A stretch of DNA of 64,000 bases. Source: an uncultured Candidatus Saccharibacteria bacterium. GTDB taxonomy: Bacteria > Patescibacteriota > Minisyncoccia > Phycocordibacterales > PALSA-1337. Of the stretch, positions 8,829 to 18,381 are shown in pieces (positions within the stretch are counted from its first letter, which is position 1; every line of letters begins with the position of its first letter). The notes under the pieces were generated by a model that saw only the letters and a program-made list of their open reading frames with translations, did not search any database and was not told the origin of the DNA. Position numbers and translations under genes: made by a program. The DNA is taken from contig CAZLQL010000002.1 of the NCBI GenBank assembly GCA_964561875.1, forward strand, positions 23,613 through 87,612, in the 5' to 3' direction.

Positions 8829-9245
8829 ATGGCTTTATTCGGAATAAAAAAGAATACTGAAAGTAAGGTTGAGACAAAAAAGCCTGCTTCAAAAATAGCA
8901 AAGGTTACAAAGACTACAAAAAAGCCAGTTGTTAAGGCTGTAGCAGAAAGAGTAAATAAAGGAACAACAATTCAAAGTGATGTAATCATAAGACCTAGAA
9001 TAACTGAGAAATCAGGTTTAGCAATAGAATCAAGCAATATTTACACTTTCGAAGTAAAGAAAGATGCTACAAAGGAATCTATTTCTAAGGCAATAAAGAA
9101 TATGTATAAAGTTACACCTATAAAGGTTAGAACTATTCATCTTCCAGCCAAGGCAGTTTTTGTTAGAGGAAAACATGGTGTTCAATCATCTATAAAGAAA
9201 GCTCTAGTCTATTTAAAGAAGGGAGATAAGATAGAAATTGCATAA
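8829..9245 (+). CDS. rplW: 50S ribosomal protein L23 with Lys-rich N-terminal extension
   Basis: IIRPRITEKS..YTFEV..KKALVYL; operon position. Confidence 0.95.
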   Translation: MALFGIKKNTESKVETKKPASKIAKVTKTTKKPVVKAVAERVNKGTTIQSDVIIRPRITEKSGLAIESSNIYTFEVKKDATKESISKAIKNMYKVTPIKVRTIHLPAKAVFVRGKHGVQSSIKKALVYLKKGDKIEIA

Positions 9246-9264
9246 ATAAATTTATAATAAATAT

Positions 9265-10122
9265 ATGAAACACTATCACCCAACAACACCATCAAGACGT
9301 CACATGACAACACTTCCTTTCAAGAAGTATTTGACTACATCTGAACCTTATAAACCTCTTACAAAAGGTATGAAGAGAGACGTTGGAAGAAATAGCCAAG
9401 GTCGTATCACAGTAAGACACCAAGGAGGTGGACATAAGAAACTATATAGAGAAATAGACTTCTTCTACAATAAGAAGGATATGAAAGCTACTATAAAGAC
9501 TATTGAGTATGATCCATTTAGAACAGGCTATATTGCTCTAGTTCAATACGCTGACGGAGAAAGAAGATACATACTTGTACCAAAGACAATGAAGGTCGGT
9601 AATACATTCATGGTATCTGAGAATGCTCTAGTAGAAACAGGAAATAGATTACCTCTAAAGAAGATTCCAGTTGGAACATTTGTTTACAATATAGAAGTTA
9701 AGCCAAATGGAGGTTCAAAATTGGTAAGATCAGCTGGAACATTTGCTCAGGTTATTGCAAACGATGCTGGATATACACATATCAAACTTCCTTCAACAGA
9801 AGTTAGAAAAGTTCATGAAACTGCTTGGGCAAGTGTTGGTACTGTATCAAATGAAGAATCTCGTCTAGTTAATATAGGAAAAGCTGGACGTTCACGCTGG
9901 TTGGGTATACGTCCAACAGTTAGAGGATCTGCTCAGAACCCTGTGGATCACCCATACGGAGGAGGAGAACAGAGAACAGGTCGAGGTCTACGTAGACTAA
10001 AAACTCGTTGGGGTAAACCAGCAGGAAAGGGTCAGAAGACAAGAACACCAAAGAAATATTCAAATGTGTTCATTGTTTCAAGAAGAAAGGTTGGAAAAAA
10101 GTCAGCAAATGATCAGATATAA
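9265..10122 (+). CDS. rplB: 50S ribosomal protein L2
   Basis: GRNSQGRITVRHQGGGHK, RPTVRGSAQNPVDHPYGGGE. Confidence 0.99.
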   Translation: MKHYHPTTPSRRHMTTLPFKKYLTTSEPYKPLTKGMKRDVGRNSQGRITVRHQGGGHKKLYREIDFFYNKKDMKATIKTIEYDPFRTGYIALVQYADGERRYILVPKTMKVGNTFMVSENALVETGNRLPLKKIPVGTFVYNIEVKPNGGSKLVRSAGTFAQVIANDAGYTHIKLPSTEVRKVHETAWASVGTVSNEESRLVNIGKAGRSRWLGIRPTVRGSAQNPVDHPYGGGEQRTGRGLRRLKTRWGKPAGKGQKTRTPKKYSNVFIVSRRKVGKKSANDQI

Positions 10123-10144
10123 TATCAAAAAAAGCTTATATTTC

Positions 10145-10172
10145 TTGACTTTAATCAATGATTTGCTAGTAT
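10145..10172 (+). promoter_or_regulatory. Putative internal promoter upstream of rpsS
   Basis: TTGACT (10145-10150), 16-nt spacer, TAGTAT (10167-10172) with extended TGn. Confidence 0.5.
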
Positions 10173-10198
10173 TTGAAGACTTCAAACAAAAATAAAAC

Positions 10199-10546
10199 AT
10201 GTCACGATCACTAAAAAAAGGACCATATATCGAAGAAAGACTGCTAAAGAAAATAGCAGGTAAAAAGCCAATAGAGACTGGGGTTATTAAGACATGGTAT
10301 AGAAGAAGCCAGATTGCTCCTGAAATGGTCGGTTTTATTTTTGGTGTATACAATGGAAAGCAACATATAGAAGTTCTAGTCACCGAGGAAATGGTAGGAC
10401 ACCGCCTTGGTGAATTTTCTCCTACAAAGAAATTTATAAGACACGGAGGAAAGATGCAGAAGGAACTTGAAATGAAAGCTAAGGAAGCTGAGGTTAATGC
10501 TGCAAAAGCTGCTAAGGAAGCTGTTGCTTCACCAGCAAAAAAATAA
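10199..10546 (+). CDS. rpsS: 30S ribosomal protein S19
   Basis: [21 protein letters not shown]. Confidence 0.98.
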   Translation: MSRSLKKGPYIEERLLKKIAGKKPIETGVIKTWYRRSQIAPEMVGFIFGVYNGKQHIEVLVTEEMVGHRLGEFSPTKKFIRHGGKMQKELEMKAKEAEVNAAKAAKEAVASPAKK

Positions 10547-10560
10547 TTTAAATAAAAGCC

Positions 10561-10968
10561 ATGATCAACGCTTCACTAAAAAACTACAGACAATCACCAC
10601 GTAAAATGAGAGGCGTGGCAAATCTAATAAAGGGTAAACCAGTTACTATTGCTTTAGATACATTGGCACATATAAATAAGAAGGCAGGAGATCCACTATA
10701 TGCTCTACTTGCTTCTGCAGTTTCAAATGCAAAAAATAATTTTAATATGGATAAAGAAGGTTTGATAGTAAAGGATATAAGAATAGACTCAGGTTTTATA
10801 TTGAAAAGAAATATGCCAAGAGCTCGTGGTATGGCATATAGAATAAATAAGAGAACAAGCCATGTAAATATAACATTGGCTCCTAAGCCAGAAAAAGCAC
10901 CTAAAGTAAAAGTTGCTTCAAAGGTAGAAGATAAAAAAGAAGTAAAGGTTAAAAAAGAACAAAAATAA
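10561..10968 (+). CDS. rplV: 50S ribosomal protein L22
   Basis: RQSPRK, PRARG..RINKRTSHV. Confidence 0.97.
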   Translation: MINASLKNYRQSPRKMRGVANLIKGKPVTIALDTLAHINKKAGDPLYALLASAVSNAKNNFNMDKEGLIVKDIRIDSGFILKRNMPRARGMAYRINKRTSHVNITLAPKPEKAPKVKVASKVEDKKEVKVKKEQK

Positions 10969-10969
10969 C

Positions 10970-11674
10970 ATGTCAAAATCAGTCCACCCATATTCACATA
11001 GACTAGGAGTAATACGCGATTGGAAAAGTCGTTGGTTTAGACAGAACAAAGACTATAGAGATTCACTAAAAGCAGATTTACTTATAAGACAGTTTCTTAC
11101 AAAAGAGCTTAGAACATTTTATCTATCAGATGTTCAAATAGAAAGAAATCAAAAATCACTTAAGGTTATAATCAGAACTTCACGTCCTGGAATGATAATA
11201 GGAAGAAGTGGTGATGGTGTTGTAAAACTTAGAGAAAAAATACTTTCAATACTAAAAAAGAATAAGGTAGATCTACAAGGACAAGAATTGAAGCTTGATA
11301 TAGAAGAAGTTAGAAATCCAGAAGCAAATGCAGCTATAGTTGCTATGATGGTTGCTGAAGGACTAGAGAAGAGACTTCCTTTCAGAAGAGTGTTGAAGCA
11401 AACTATCGAAAAGGTAATGGCAAATAGAGAAGTTCAAGGAGTAAAGATAAAACTAGGTGGTCGTCTTGGTGGAGCAGATATGGCTCGTACAGAAGACTTG
11501 AAGAGAGGACGTATTCCACTTCAGACTTTGAGAGCAGATATTGACTTTGCTCGTGAAAAAGCAAATATGACATATGGTGGAATAGGTATAAAGGTTTGGA
11601 TATATAAAGGTCAGATATTCGAAAGAGATCTAAAGACAGCACGTGAGAGAGAGGCTGTTAATAACAGATCATAA
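10970..11674 (+). CDS. rpsC: 30S ribosomal protein S3
   Basis: RPGMIIG, GRIPLQTLRADID, GIKVWI. Confidence 0.98.
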   Translation: MSKSVHPYSHRLGVIRDWKSRWFRQNKDYRDSLKADLLIRQFLTKELRTFYLSDVQIERNQKSLKVIIRTSRPGMIIGRSGDGVVKLREKILSILKKNKVDLQGQELKLDIEEVRNPEANAAIVAMMVAEGLEKRLPFRRVLKQTIEKVMANREVQGVKIKLGGRLGGADMARTEDLKRGRIPLQTLRADIDFAREKANMTYGGIGIKVWIYKGQIFERDLKTAREREAVNNRS

Positions 11675-11688
11675 TTTATTTAAATATC

Positions 11689-12120
11689 ATGTTTTTTCCT
11701 AAAAAAGTAAAATTCAGAAAGTGGCATACAGGACGCAAGAATGCAAAAAAGCTTGCAGTTGCTGTTGAGACACGTGGTACAAAACTAGCATTCGGATCTT
11801 TTGGTTTGAAAGCACTTGAATTTGGAAGATTGACTTCAAATGAAATTGAAGCAGCAAGAAAAGTTATGGCACGTTATGCTACAAAGTCTGGAAAGGTTTG
11901 GGTTAGAATTTTCCCAGATAGACCATACACACAGAAGCCACCTGAAGTAAAACTAGGAAAAGGAAAGGGTGATCCAGTAGGATTTGTTGCGGAAGTTAGA
12001 GCTGGAAGAATACTTTTTGAAGTAGATGGAGTTACAGATGTAGTTGCGGCAGAAGCATTGAGAAAGGCTGGTACAAAGATCTCTGTAAAGACAAAAGTTG
12101 TAAATCGTAACTTAATATAG
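11689..12120 (+). CDS. rplP: 50S ribosomal protein L16
   Basis: IEAARK, VWVRIFPD, GKGKG. Confidence 0.98.
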   Translation: MFFPKKVKFRKWHTGRKNAKKLAVAVETRGTKLAFGSFGLKALEFGRLTSNEIEAARKVMARYATKSGKVWVRIFPDRPYTQKPPEVKLGKGKGDPVGFVAEVRAGRILFEVDGVTDVVAAEALRKAGTKISVKTKVVNRNLI

Positions 12121-12129
12121 TATAAACAT

Positions 12130-12327
12130 ATGAAAGAGTATAAGAATAAAACAATAGAAGATCTAAACAAGCTAATCAATGAAAAGAGAGCTTCAATACG
12201 TGATTTCCGCTTCGGTTCTACAGGAAGCAAGACAAAGAACGTAAAGTTGTCAGCTACTCTTAGAAAAGATATAGCTAGAATAATGACTGAACTTACCCTA
12301 AGAAGGAAAGCAGAGTCAAAGAAATAA
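12130..12327 (+). CDS. rpmC: 50S ribosomal protein L29
   Basis: LRKDIARIMT; operon position. Confidence 0.93.
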   Translation: MKEYKNKTIEDLNKLINEKRASIRDFRFGSTGSKTKNVKLSATLRKDIARIMTELTLRRKAESKK

Positions 12328-12342
12328 AGGATTATAAACAAA

Positions 12343-12606
12343 ATGGAAACAAAAACAACACAAAACAATATATCAGCACCAAAGAGACAGAAACTTTCTG
12401 GGGTTGTTGTATCTGATAAAATGAAAGATACAGTTGTTGTACTAGTAGAAAGATTTGTTAAAGATCCTAAATACCAAAAGTATATGAAGCTTAGAAAGAG
12501 ATATAAGGTTCATGATGCTGGTAATACAAAGAAGATAGGTGATAAGGTTGTTATAGAGTCATGCAGACCTATATCAAGACATAAGTCTTTCAAAATTTCA
12601 GCATAA
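12343..12606 (+). CDS. rpsQ: 30S ribosomal protein S17
   Basis: GVVVSDKMKDTVVV, RPISRHK. Confidence 0.97.
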   Translation: METKTTQNNISAPKRQKLSGVVVSDKMKDTVVVLVERFVKDPKYQKYMKLRKRYKVHDAGNTKKIGDKVVIESCRPISRHKSFKISA

Positions 12607-12624
12607 TAATTTAAATAAACTTCC

Positions 12625-12996
12625 ATGATACAGCCACGTTCAATAGTAAGAATAACAGACAATTGCGGAGCAAAAATAGGCCGTATATTCAAGGTGCTAG
12701 GAAGCTCAAAGAAGAGATATGCAACAATAGGCGATCTAGTTGTACTTTCTGTACAAAAAGCAGAACCTAGAAAAACAATAAAGAAGAAGGATGTTCTACA
12801 AGCAGTTGTTGTAAGACAAGTTCAACCATTTAGAAGAAAGGATGGTTCATACATAAAGTTTGATGAAAATGCAGTTGTTATAGTTGAAAAGGGTAAGAAG
12901 GAACCTGTTGCAGGACGTATATTCGGTCCTATACCACGCGAAATAGCCGAACAAGGTTTCCAAACTATTGCTTCACGTGCACCAGAAATAGTATAA
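12625..12996 (+). CDS. rplN: 50S ribosomal protein L14
   Basis: DNCGAK, DGSYIKFDENAVV, RIFGPIPRE. Confidence 0.98.
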   Translation: MIQPRSIVRITDNCGAKIGRIFKVLGSSKKRYATIGDLVVLSVQKAEPRKTIKKKDVLQAVVVRQVQPFRRKDGSYIKFDENAVVIVEKGKKEPVAGRIFGPIPREIAEQGFQTIASRAPEIV

Positions 12997-13003
12997 AAAT
13001 TAT

Positions 13004-13246
13004 ATGAATATCAAGAAAGACAACAATGTAATAGTGCTTGTAGGAAAAGATAAGGGTAAAACTGGAAAAGTTTTGAAAATGCTTCCTAAAGAAAATAAAC
13101 TTATAGTATCTGGTTTAAACATGGTCAAAAAGCACCAGAAGCCAAGACAGAAAGGACAGAAGGGTCAAACAGTAGAAGTTTCAATGCCAATTCACATTTC
13201 AAATGTTGCACTAGAGTCAGAATATAAGAAAGGAAAGAAGAAATAA
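13004..13246 (+). CDS. rplX: 50S ribosomal protein L24 (short, 80 aa)
   Basis: GKDKGKTGKV, PIHISNV. Confidence 0.96.
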   Translation: MNIKKDNNVIVLVGKDKGKTGKVLKMLPKENKLIVSGLNMVKKHQKPRQKGQKGQTVEVSMPIHISNVALESEYKKGKKK

Positions 13247-13271
13247 GATATTGTAAGGTAGAAATAAAAAC

Positions 13272-13832
13272 ATGAAAAAAGAAACAGTAAAAAATACATA
13301 CGAATTAAACAAAAACTCTTTTGAAAATCTAAAGGGTAAGCTTGAATTTAAAAATAAGATGCAAGCACCAAGACTAGTAAAAGTTGTAATATCTTCAGGT
13401 ATAGGTTCACTTAAGGATAAAAAGAAGATGGAACTTATTGCAGACCGTCTTGCAAAGATAACTGGACAAAAGCCAGCTCTAAGAGGTGCAAAGAAATCTA
13501 TTGCAACATTTAAAGTTAGACAAGGAGATCCTGTTGGATATCAAATAACCCTAAGAGGAAAGAGAATGTGTGATTTTGTAGATCGTCTTATAAATATCGC
13601 CCTTCCTCGTACAAAGGACTTCCGTGGTATATCTAGAACAGCAGTAGATGAAATGGGAAACTACAATCTAGGAATAAAGGAACATACAATATTTGCTGAA
13701 ACTTCAGACGAAGATTTGAAAGATGTATTCGGAATGGGAATAAGCTTTGTTGTTTCTTCTAAGAAAGAAGAAGACACAATAGCTTTTCTAGAATACCTAG
13801 GTTTTCCATTTAAGAAGGTTGGGGTTAAATAA
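13272..13832 (+). CDS. rplE: 50S ribosomal protein L5
   Basis: ITGQKP, KKSIATFKVRQG, LPRTKDFRG. Confidence 0.98.
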   Translation: MKKETVKNTYELNKNSFENLKGKLEFKNKMQAPRLVKVVISSGIGSLKDKKKMELIADRLAKITGQKPALRGAKKSIATFKVRQGDPVGYQITLRGKRMCDFVDRLINIALPRTKDFRGISRTAVDEMGNYNLGIKEHTIFAETSDEDLKDVFGMGISFVVSSKKEEDTIAFLEYLGFPFKKVGVK

Positions 13833-13860
13833 ATCTATTTAATAAAAATTATTTTAATAA

Positions 13861-13895
13861 AAAAACAACCGCTGGACGAACCATGCGGTGTTTTG
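13861..13895 (-). terminator. Hairpin/terminator, nearly identical to the element at 32462-32484
   Basis: Minus strand CACCGCATGGTTCGTCCAGCGGTTGTTTTT. Confidence 0.6.
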
Positions 13896-13916
13896 TTAAA
13901 TTTCTTCCTTAACCTC

Positions 13917-14282
13917 TCACTTTTCCTTGATAAAGTAGGTGTAGGTGGAGATACCGAATGGATTGCTTTTCAATCCAATCTGCTCCGCCTCGATTTCTGA
14001 TCCGATTACCTGTGGTTTTGCACTTAGTGCTGACCACAGACTTTCGCGGGAATGGTTATTTAGGTCCTTGAAAACCACATTGTATAGCCCGCTCCTCACT
14101 TGGACGTTGGTAATAACCACTCCAGTAACAGTAATTGGTACGATATTTACCTTCGAACTATCAATTCCTCCACTGCTGATGAAATCAGTTTGGATCTTTT
14201 CATGCTCGGACCAGTCGCGCTTGCAACCAGTAGAGAAGAAAAGTGTTCCGACAAATACAGACAACAAGAAGAACATTTTCAT
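13917..14282 (-). CDS. Small putative lipoprotein inserted antisense between rplE and rpsN
   Basis: MKMFFLLSVFVGTLFFSTGC (lipobox-like). Own promoter TTGACT-17-TATCTT lies just upstream, so the start is set at 14282 rather than 14300. Confidence 0.7.
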   Translation of the reverse strand: MKMFFLLSVFVGTLFFSTGCKRDWSEHEKIQTDFISSGGIDSSKVNIVPITVTGVVITNVQVRSGLYNVVFKDLNNHSRESLWSALSAKPQVIGSEIEAEQIGLKSNPFGISTYTYFIKEK

Positions 14283-14330
14283 ACGCCCATAAGATATCAT
14301 GCATATATTAACAAGTCAATAGATATTAAC

Positions 14331-14359
14331 TTGCCTTATTTGAGCCACTCTGCTAGTAT
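14331..14359 (+). promoter_or_regulatory. Promoter restarting the spc operon at rpsN
   Basis: TTGCCT, 17-nt spacer, TAGTAT with extended TGn. Confidence 0.55.
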
Positions 14360-14475
14360 ATTGAGACGTTCGAAATAAGTATACAGGCCCTAAAAAGCAT
14401 AGTGATTGGAAGCCCATACCGCAAGGTCAAGCTAACCAATCCTCGTTTGTTTATAAAATTGTTTATAAAATAAAA

Positions 14476-14661
14476 ATGGCAAAGACATCAGTAAAAGCAA
14501 GAGCAAAGAAAGCCCCAAAGTTCAAATCAAGGGTTGTTCGTCGTTGCTTCAGATGTGGCAGAAAAAATGGATATATGAGAGATTTCGATCTTTGCCGTAT
14601 TTGTTTCAGAGAGTTCGCAAATGAAGGTGTTATTCCAGGAATAAAGAAATCATCATGGTAA
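14476..14661 (+). CDS. rpsN: 30S ribosomal protein S14, zinc-binding type Z
   Basis: 61 aa, CFRCGR...LCRICFRE, PGIKKSSW. Confidence 0.97.
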   Translation: MAKTSVKARAKKAPKFKSRVVRRCFRCGRKNGYMRDFDLCRICFREFANEGVIPGIKKSSW

Positions 14662-15047
14662 CAGACCCAATCGCAAATTTAATAATTTCAATAAAGAATG
14701 CCAATAAAGCAGGTAAGGCAAGTATTTCAATACCTTATTCTGCTCTAAAGGAATCAATAGCTCATGTCTTACTAAAGGCAGGATATGTTTCAAGTGTTGA
14801 AGCTAAAGGAAAGAAGATCGATAAGACACTTGAGATAGGACTTTCATACATAGGTGATATGCCTCGTGTAAGTGATGTTTCTCGTATATCAAAACCATCA
14901 AGAAGAATATACCAAAAGGCAAAAGATATAAGAATATTTAAGAGTGGTTACGGAAACACTGTCTTTTCTACACCAGAAGGAATACTTATAGATATCGATG
15001 CAAAGACAAGAAAGGTCGGAGGGGAAGCATTATTTAAGATCTGGTAA
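14655..15047 (+). CDS. rpsH: 30S ribosomal protein S8
   Basis: TDPIA, RISKPSRRIY, STPEG, VGGE. Confidence 0.97.
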   Translation: MVTDPIANLIISIKNANKAGKASISIPYSALKESIAHVLLKAGYVSSVEAKGKKIDKTLEIGLSYIGDMPRVSDVSRISKPSRRIYQKAKDIRIFKSGYGNTVFSTPEGILIDIDAKTRKVGGEALFKIW

Positions 15048-15057
15048 TATAAAAAAC

Positions 15058-15591
15058 ATGTCACGTCTAGCAAAAAAACCTATAGCAATTCCTGAAAAGA
15101 TACAAGTTACATATACTGGTGGTGTGTTTACAGCAAAAGGACCACTTGGAGAAATAAAGAAAGATCTACGTCCTGATGTAAATATCAAGATTGAGAATAA
15201 TGAAATACTTCTTACTCCAGCAAATAACTCTATACAAACAAAAGCCTTACTTGGTACTTATGCTTCTCATATAAAGAATATGATGTCAGGTGTAAATAAA
15301 GCATATGAAAAGAAACTTATAATAGAAGGAATTGGTTTCAAATCTGAAGTTAAAGGAAAAGAATTGCACCTAGCACTAGGTTTTTCACACCCAATAAAGG
15401 TTACTATACCTGATGGTCTAAAGGTTACAGCAGAAAAAAACATCGTTACAACATCAGGAATAGATTGTGAAATGGTGGGTCAGTTTGCTGCAAAGATAAG
15501 AGCAATGAAGAAACCTGAACCATATAAGGGTAAGGGTATAAGATATGAGAAGGAAGTTATAAGACGTAAGCAAGGTAAGAAAGCTGCATAG
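15058..15591 (+). CDS. rplF: 50S ribosomal protein L6
   Basis: MSRLAKKPI start, LGFSHP, PEPYKGKGIRY. Confidence 0.98.
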   Translation: MSRLAKKPIAIPEKIQVTYTGGVFTAKGPLGEIKKDLRPDVNIKIENNEILLTPANNSIQTKALLGTYASHIKNMMSGVNKAYEKKLIIEGIGFKSEVKGKELHLALGFSHPIKVTIPDGLKVTAEKNIVTTSGIDCEMVGQFAAKIRAMKKPEPYKGKGIRYEKEVIRRKQGKKAA

Positions 15592-15604
15592 TATTTGAAA
15601 ATAT

Positions 15605-15955
15605 ATGAATACAAGTAAACAAAAACAATTAAAGATAGCTAGAAGACACAAGAGAATTCGTGCAATACTTTCTGGTACAACAGAACGTCCACGTCTATCT
15701 GTATTCAAGTCTCATAAATACATATCTGCACAAATAATAGATGATACAAAAGGACATACACTAGTTTCATTCTCATCAAAGGATGCAAAATCAAAGACAC
15801 CCGCAGAAAAAGCCTTTGAAGTGGGTACAGAGATTGCAAAAAAAGCAAAAGCAAATAAAATTACAAAAGTAGTTTTTGATCGTGGTGGATATCTGTATAC
15901 TGGAAAGATAAAATCTGTAGCAGATGGAGCTAGAGAAGGTGGTCTAATATTTTAA
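15605..15955 (+). CDS. rplR: 50S ribosomal protein L18
   Basis: RPRLSVFKS, VVFDRGGYLYTG, AREGGL. Confidence 0.98.
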   Translation: MNTSKQKQLKIARRHKRIRAILSGTTERPRLSVFKSHKYISAQIIDDTKGHTLVSFSSKDAKSKTPAEKAFEVGTEIAKKAKANKITKVVFDRGGYLYTGKIKSVADGAREGGLIF

Positions 15956-15961
15956 ATAAAA

Positions 15962-16594
15962 ATGGAACAAGAAATAAAACAACCAAATACAGAAATAAAA
16001 GTAGTAGGAAATGCTCCAGTTGCTCCTTCTGCTAATCCAACTGATGCAAGATCATTTGATAGAAGATCTCGTGGCCCAAAGAGAGATGGAAGCAGACCAC
16101 CTCGTGAGCAAAAAGAAAGAATAAAACCAGAATTTGATACAAAGATCATAAACATAAGACGTGTGACTCGTGTTGTTTCTGGAGGAAGAAGATTTACATT
16201 TTCAGTAGCAGTAGTTTCTGGAGATAGAAAGGGTAGAGTTGGTGTTGGTCTAGGTAAATCAGGAGATACTTCAATGGCTATAGACAAAGCTACTCGTGAT
16301 GCAAAGAAAAATATGATAAGGATTCCACTTTCTTCAAACATGACTATTCCTCATGCTATACAAGCAAAATACTCAAGTGCAGTTGTTATGATGATGCCCG
16401 CAAAAGGAAGAGGAGTTGTAGCAGGAAGCTCAGCTAGAAATGTTGTTGAGCTAGGAGGTGTTAAGGATATTTGTGTGAAGCTTTTGTCAGGTAGTAAAAA
16501 TAAACTAAACATTGCAAAAGCTACAATAAAAGCCCTATCACTTCTTTCAAAGAACTCTGTTACAAAAATGACAAAGTCACCTGAAAAGAAATAA
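15962..16594 (+). CDS. rpsE: 30S ribosomal protein S5 (N-terminal extension)
   Basis: RRVTRVVSGGRRFTF, GRVGVGLGK. Confidence 0.98.
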   Translation: MEQEIKQPNTEIKVVGNAPVAPSANPTDARSFDRRSRGPKRDGSRPPREQKERIKPEFDTKIINIRRVTRVVSGGRRFTFSVAVVSGDRKGRVGVGLGKSGDTSMAIDKATRDAKKNMIRIPLSSNMTIPHAIQAKYSSAVVMMMPAKGRGVVAGSSARNVVELGGVKDICVKLLSGSKNKLNIAKATIKALSLLSKNSVTKMTKSPEKK

Positions 16595-16612
16595 AAATTT
16601 AATTAAAATACC

Positions 16613-17056
16613 ATGCAGATACATACACTTATACCAAAAGATAAAAACAAGAAGACCATGATAGTTGGTCGTGGTGGAAAACGTGGAAAGACATCTGGTC
16701 GTGGTGGAAAAGGTCAGACAGCAAGAGCAGGTAACAAGCGTCGTCCAGAACTAAGAGATTTTATAAAGAGAATTCCAAAGCTTCGTGGTCGTGGTGTTAA
16801 CTCAAATAAATCTATAGAAAAAGATGTAGTTCCAGTAAATCTATCTATTATAGATTCAAAGTTTAAGGCTTCAGATATAGTATCTCCAAAGACTATGGTT
16901 GAAGCAGGTGTAATTTCTACATTTAATGGTAAAATTCCTAGTGTAAAGATTTTAGCAACAGGTGAAATAACAAAGAAACTTACATTCACTGACTGTATAA
17001 TTTCAGAGAGTGCAAAAGCAAAAATAGAGAAAGCGGGTGGAAGTTTCGGTAAATAA
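16613..17056 (+). CDS. rplO: 50S ribosomal protein L15
   Basis: GRGGKRGKTSGRGGKGQTAR, KIEKAGG. Confidence 0.97.
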   Translation: MQIHTLIPKDKNKKTMIVGRGGKRGKTSGRGGKGQTARAGNKRRPELRDFIKRIPKLRGRGVNSNKSIEKDVVPVNLSIIDSKFKASDIVSPKTMVEAGVISTFNGKIPSVKILATGEITKKLTFTDCIISESAKAKIEKAGGSFGK

Positions 17057-17059
17057 AAC

Positions 17060-18334
17060 ATGAATTCATTCATACAAAAGATTTCTACAGTTCTCAAAGA
17101 TCCAATGATGAGAAAGCGTATAGCTTTTACTTTAGGAGCATTGGTAGTATTTAGATTGATATCAACAATTCCTATACCTGGAATAGATGTCGCAAATCTA
17201 GAAAGATTATTGGCTGGGAATCAATTTTTCGGTCTATTAGACATATTTTCTGGTGGAGGTATATCTAGACTTTCTATAGTTATGCTTGGAGTAGGACCAT
17301 ACATTACAGGTTCTATTATTATCCAGCTGTTTACAATGATGTTCCCAAGAATGAAAGCTATGATGCAAGAGGAAGGGGATGCTGGTAGACAGAAACTTTC
17401 AAATTACTCAAGATTACTTGCAGTACCATTGGCTGCACTTCAAGGTTTTGCTTTTCTTTCATTACTTAAAACTCAGGGAGTAGTTTCAGCATCTATAACT
17501 CCTATGGAAATGATTGTAAACGTATTTGTTATAACTGCAGGATCACTATTTCTAATGTGGTTGGGTGAATTGGTATCAGAATTCGGTATAGGAAACGGAG
17601 TTTCACTTATAATATTTGCAGGTATTATTGCAGTTCTACCAACACAGATAATGCAATTCTTTGCAGGATTTGATTCTACACAAATACCACTTTATCTAGT
17701 ATTTGCTGTTATATCTATTCTAGTTATATTGGCAGTTGTTGTTGTTACAGAAGCAGAAAGACCTGTTTCAGTTACTTATGCAAAGCAAGTTAGAGGAAAT
17801 AAAGTGTATGGTGGAGTTTCAACATATCTTCCACTAAGATTAAATCAAGCAGGAGTTATTCCTATAATATTTGCTCTATCAATACTTCTATTCCCACAAA
17901 TAATCTCTAACTTCCTATCAAAAGTATCAAATACTCAGATAGCTGAAATTGCTACAAAAGTTTCAGTTTTCCTAAACGATGCTTGGGTCCATGGAATACT
18001 TTATTTCCTATTAGTGTTTGTATTTACCTACTTCTATACTGCAGTGACATTTGATCCAAAGATGATATCAGAAAATCTACAGAAGGGTGGGGCCTTTATT
18101 CCAGGAGTACGTCCAGGAGAATCTACACAGATATATCTAGGAAAGATAGTAACTCGTATAACTCTAGTCGGCGCTGTATTTCTAGGTTTTGTAGCTGTAT
18201 TACCAGTTATAATGCAAGGATTTAGTGGTAATCAATCTCTAGCTATTGGGGGTACAGCATTACTTATCGTTGTTTCTGTAGTTCTAGATCTATTGAAGAA
18301 AATCGACGCTCAAGCAAGCATGAGACAGTACTAA
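17060..18334 (+). CDS. secY: Preprotein translocase subunit SecY
   Basis: LGVGPYIT, GIGNGVSLIIFAGI, IPGVRPG, GGTALLIVV. Confidence 0.99.
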   Translation: MNSFIQKISTVLKDPMMRKRIAFTLGALVVFRLISTIPIPGIDVANLERLLAGNQFFGLLDIFSGGGISRLSIVMLGVGPYITGSIIIQLFTMMFPRMKAMMQEEGDAGRQKLSNYSRLLAVPLAALQGFAFLSLLKTQGVVSASITPMEMIVNVFVITAGSLFLMWLGELVSEFGIGNGVSLIIFAGIIAVLPTQIMQFFAGFDSTQIPLYLVFAVISILVILAVVVVTEAERPVSVTYAKQVRGNKVYGGVSTYLPLRLNQAGVIPIIFALSILLFPQIISNFLSKVSNTQIAEIATKVSVFLNDAWVHGILYFLLVFVFTYFYTAVTFDPKMISENLQKGGAFIPGVRPGESTQIYLGKIVTRITLVGAVFLGFVAVLPVIMQGFSGNQSLAIGGTALLIVVSVVLDLLKKIDAQASMRQY

Positions 18335-18381
18335 AATATCATAACTAGGTTTTTATCTAATTATGGATATAATATAGGCAT

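Noticed and set aside
16660-16715. Repeated GGTCGTGGTGGAAA in rplO
   Set aside because: Encodes the normal GRGGK repeats of L15.
4675-17097. Numerous antisense ORFs over tuf, ribosomal protein and surface protein genes (e.g. 4675-5295, 6223-6753, 11874-12368)
   Set aside because: They are shadow frames of well-supported genes on the opposite strand, with no recognisable motifs.
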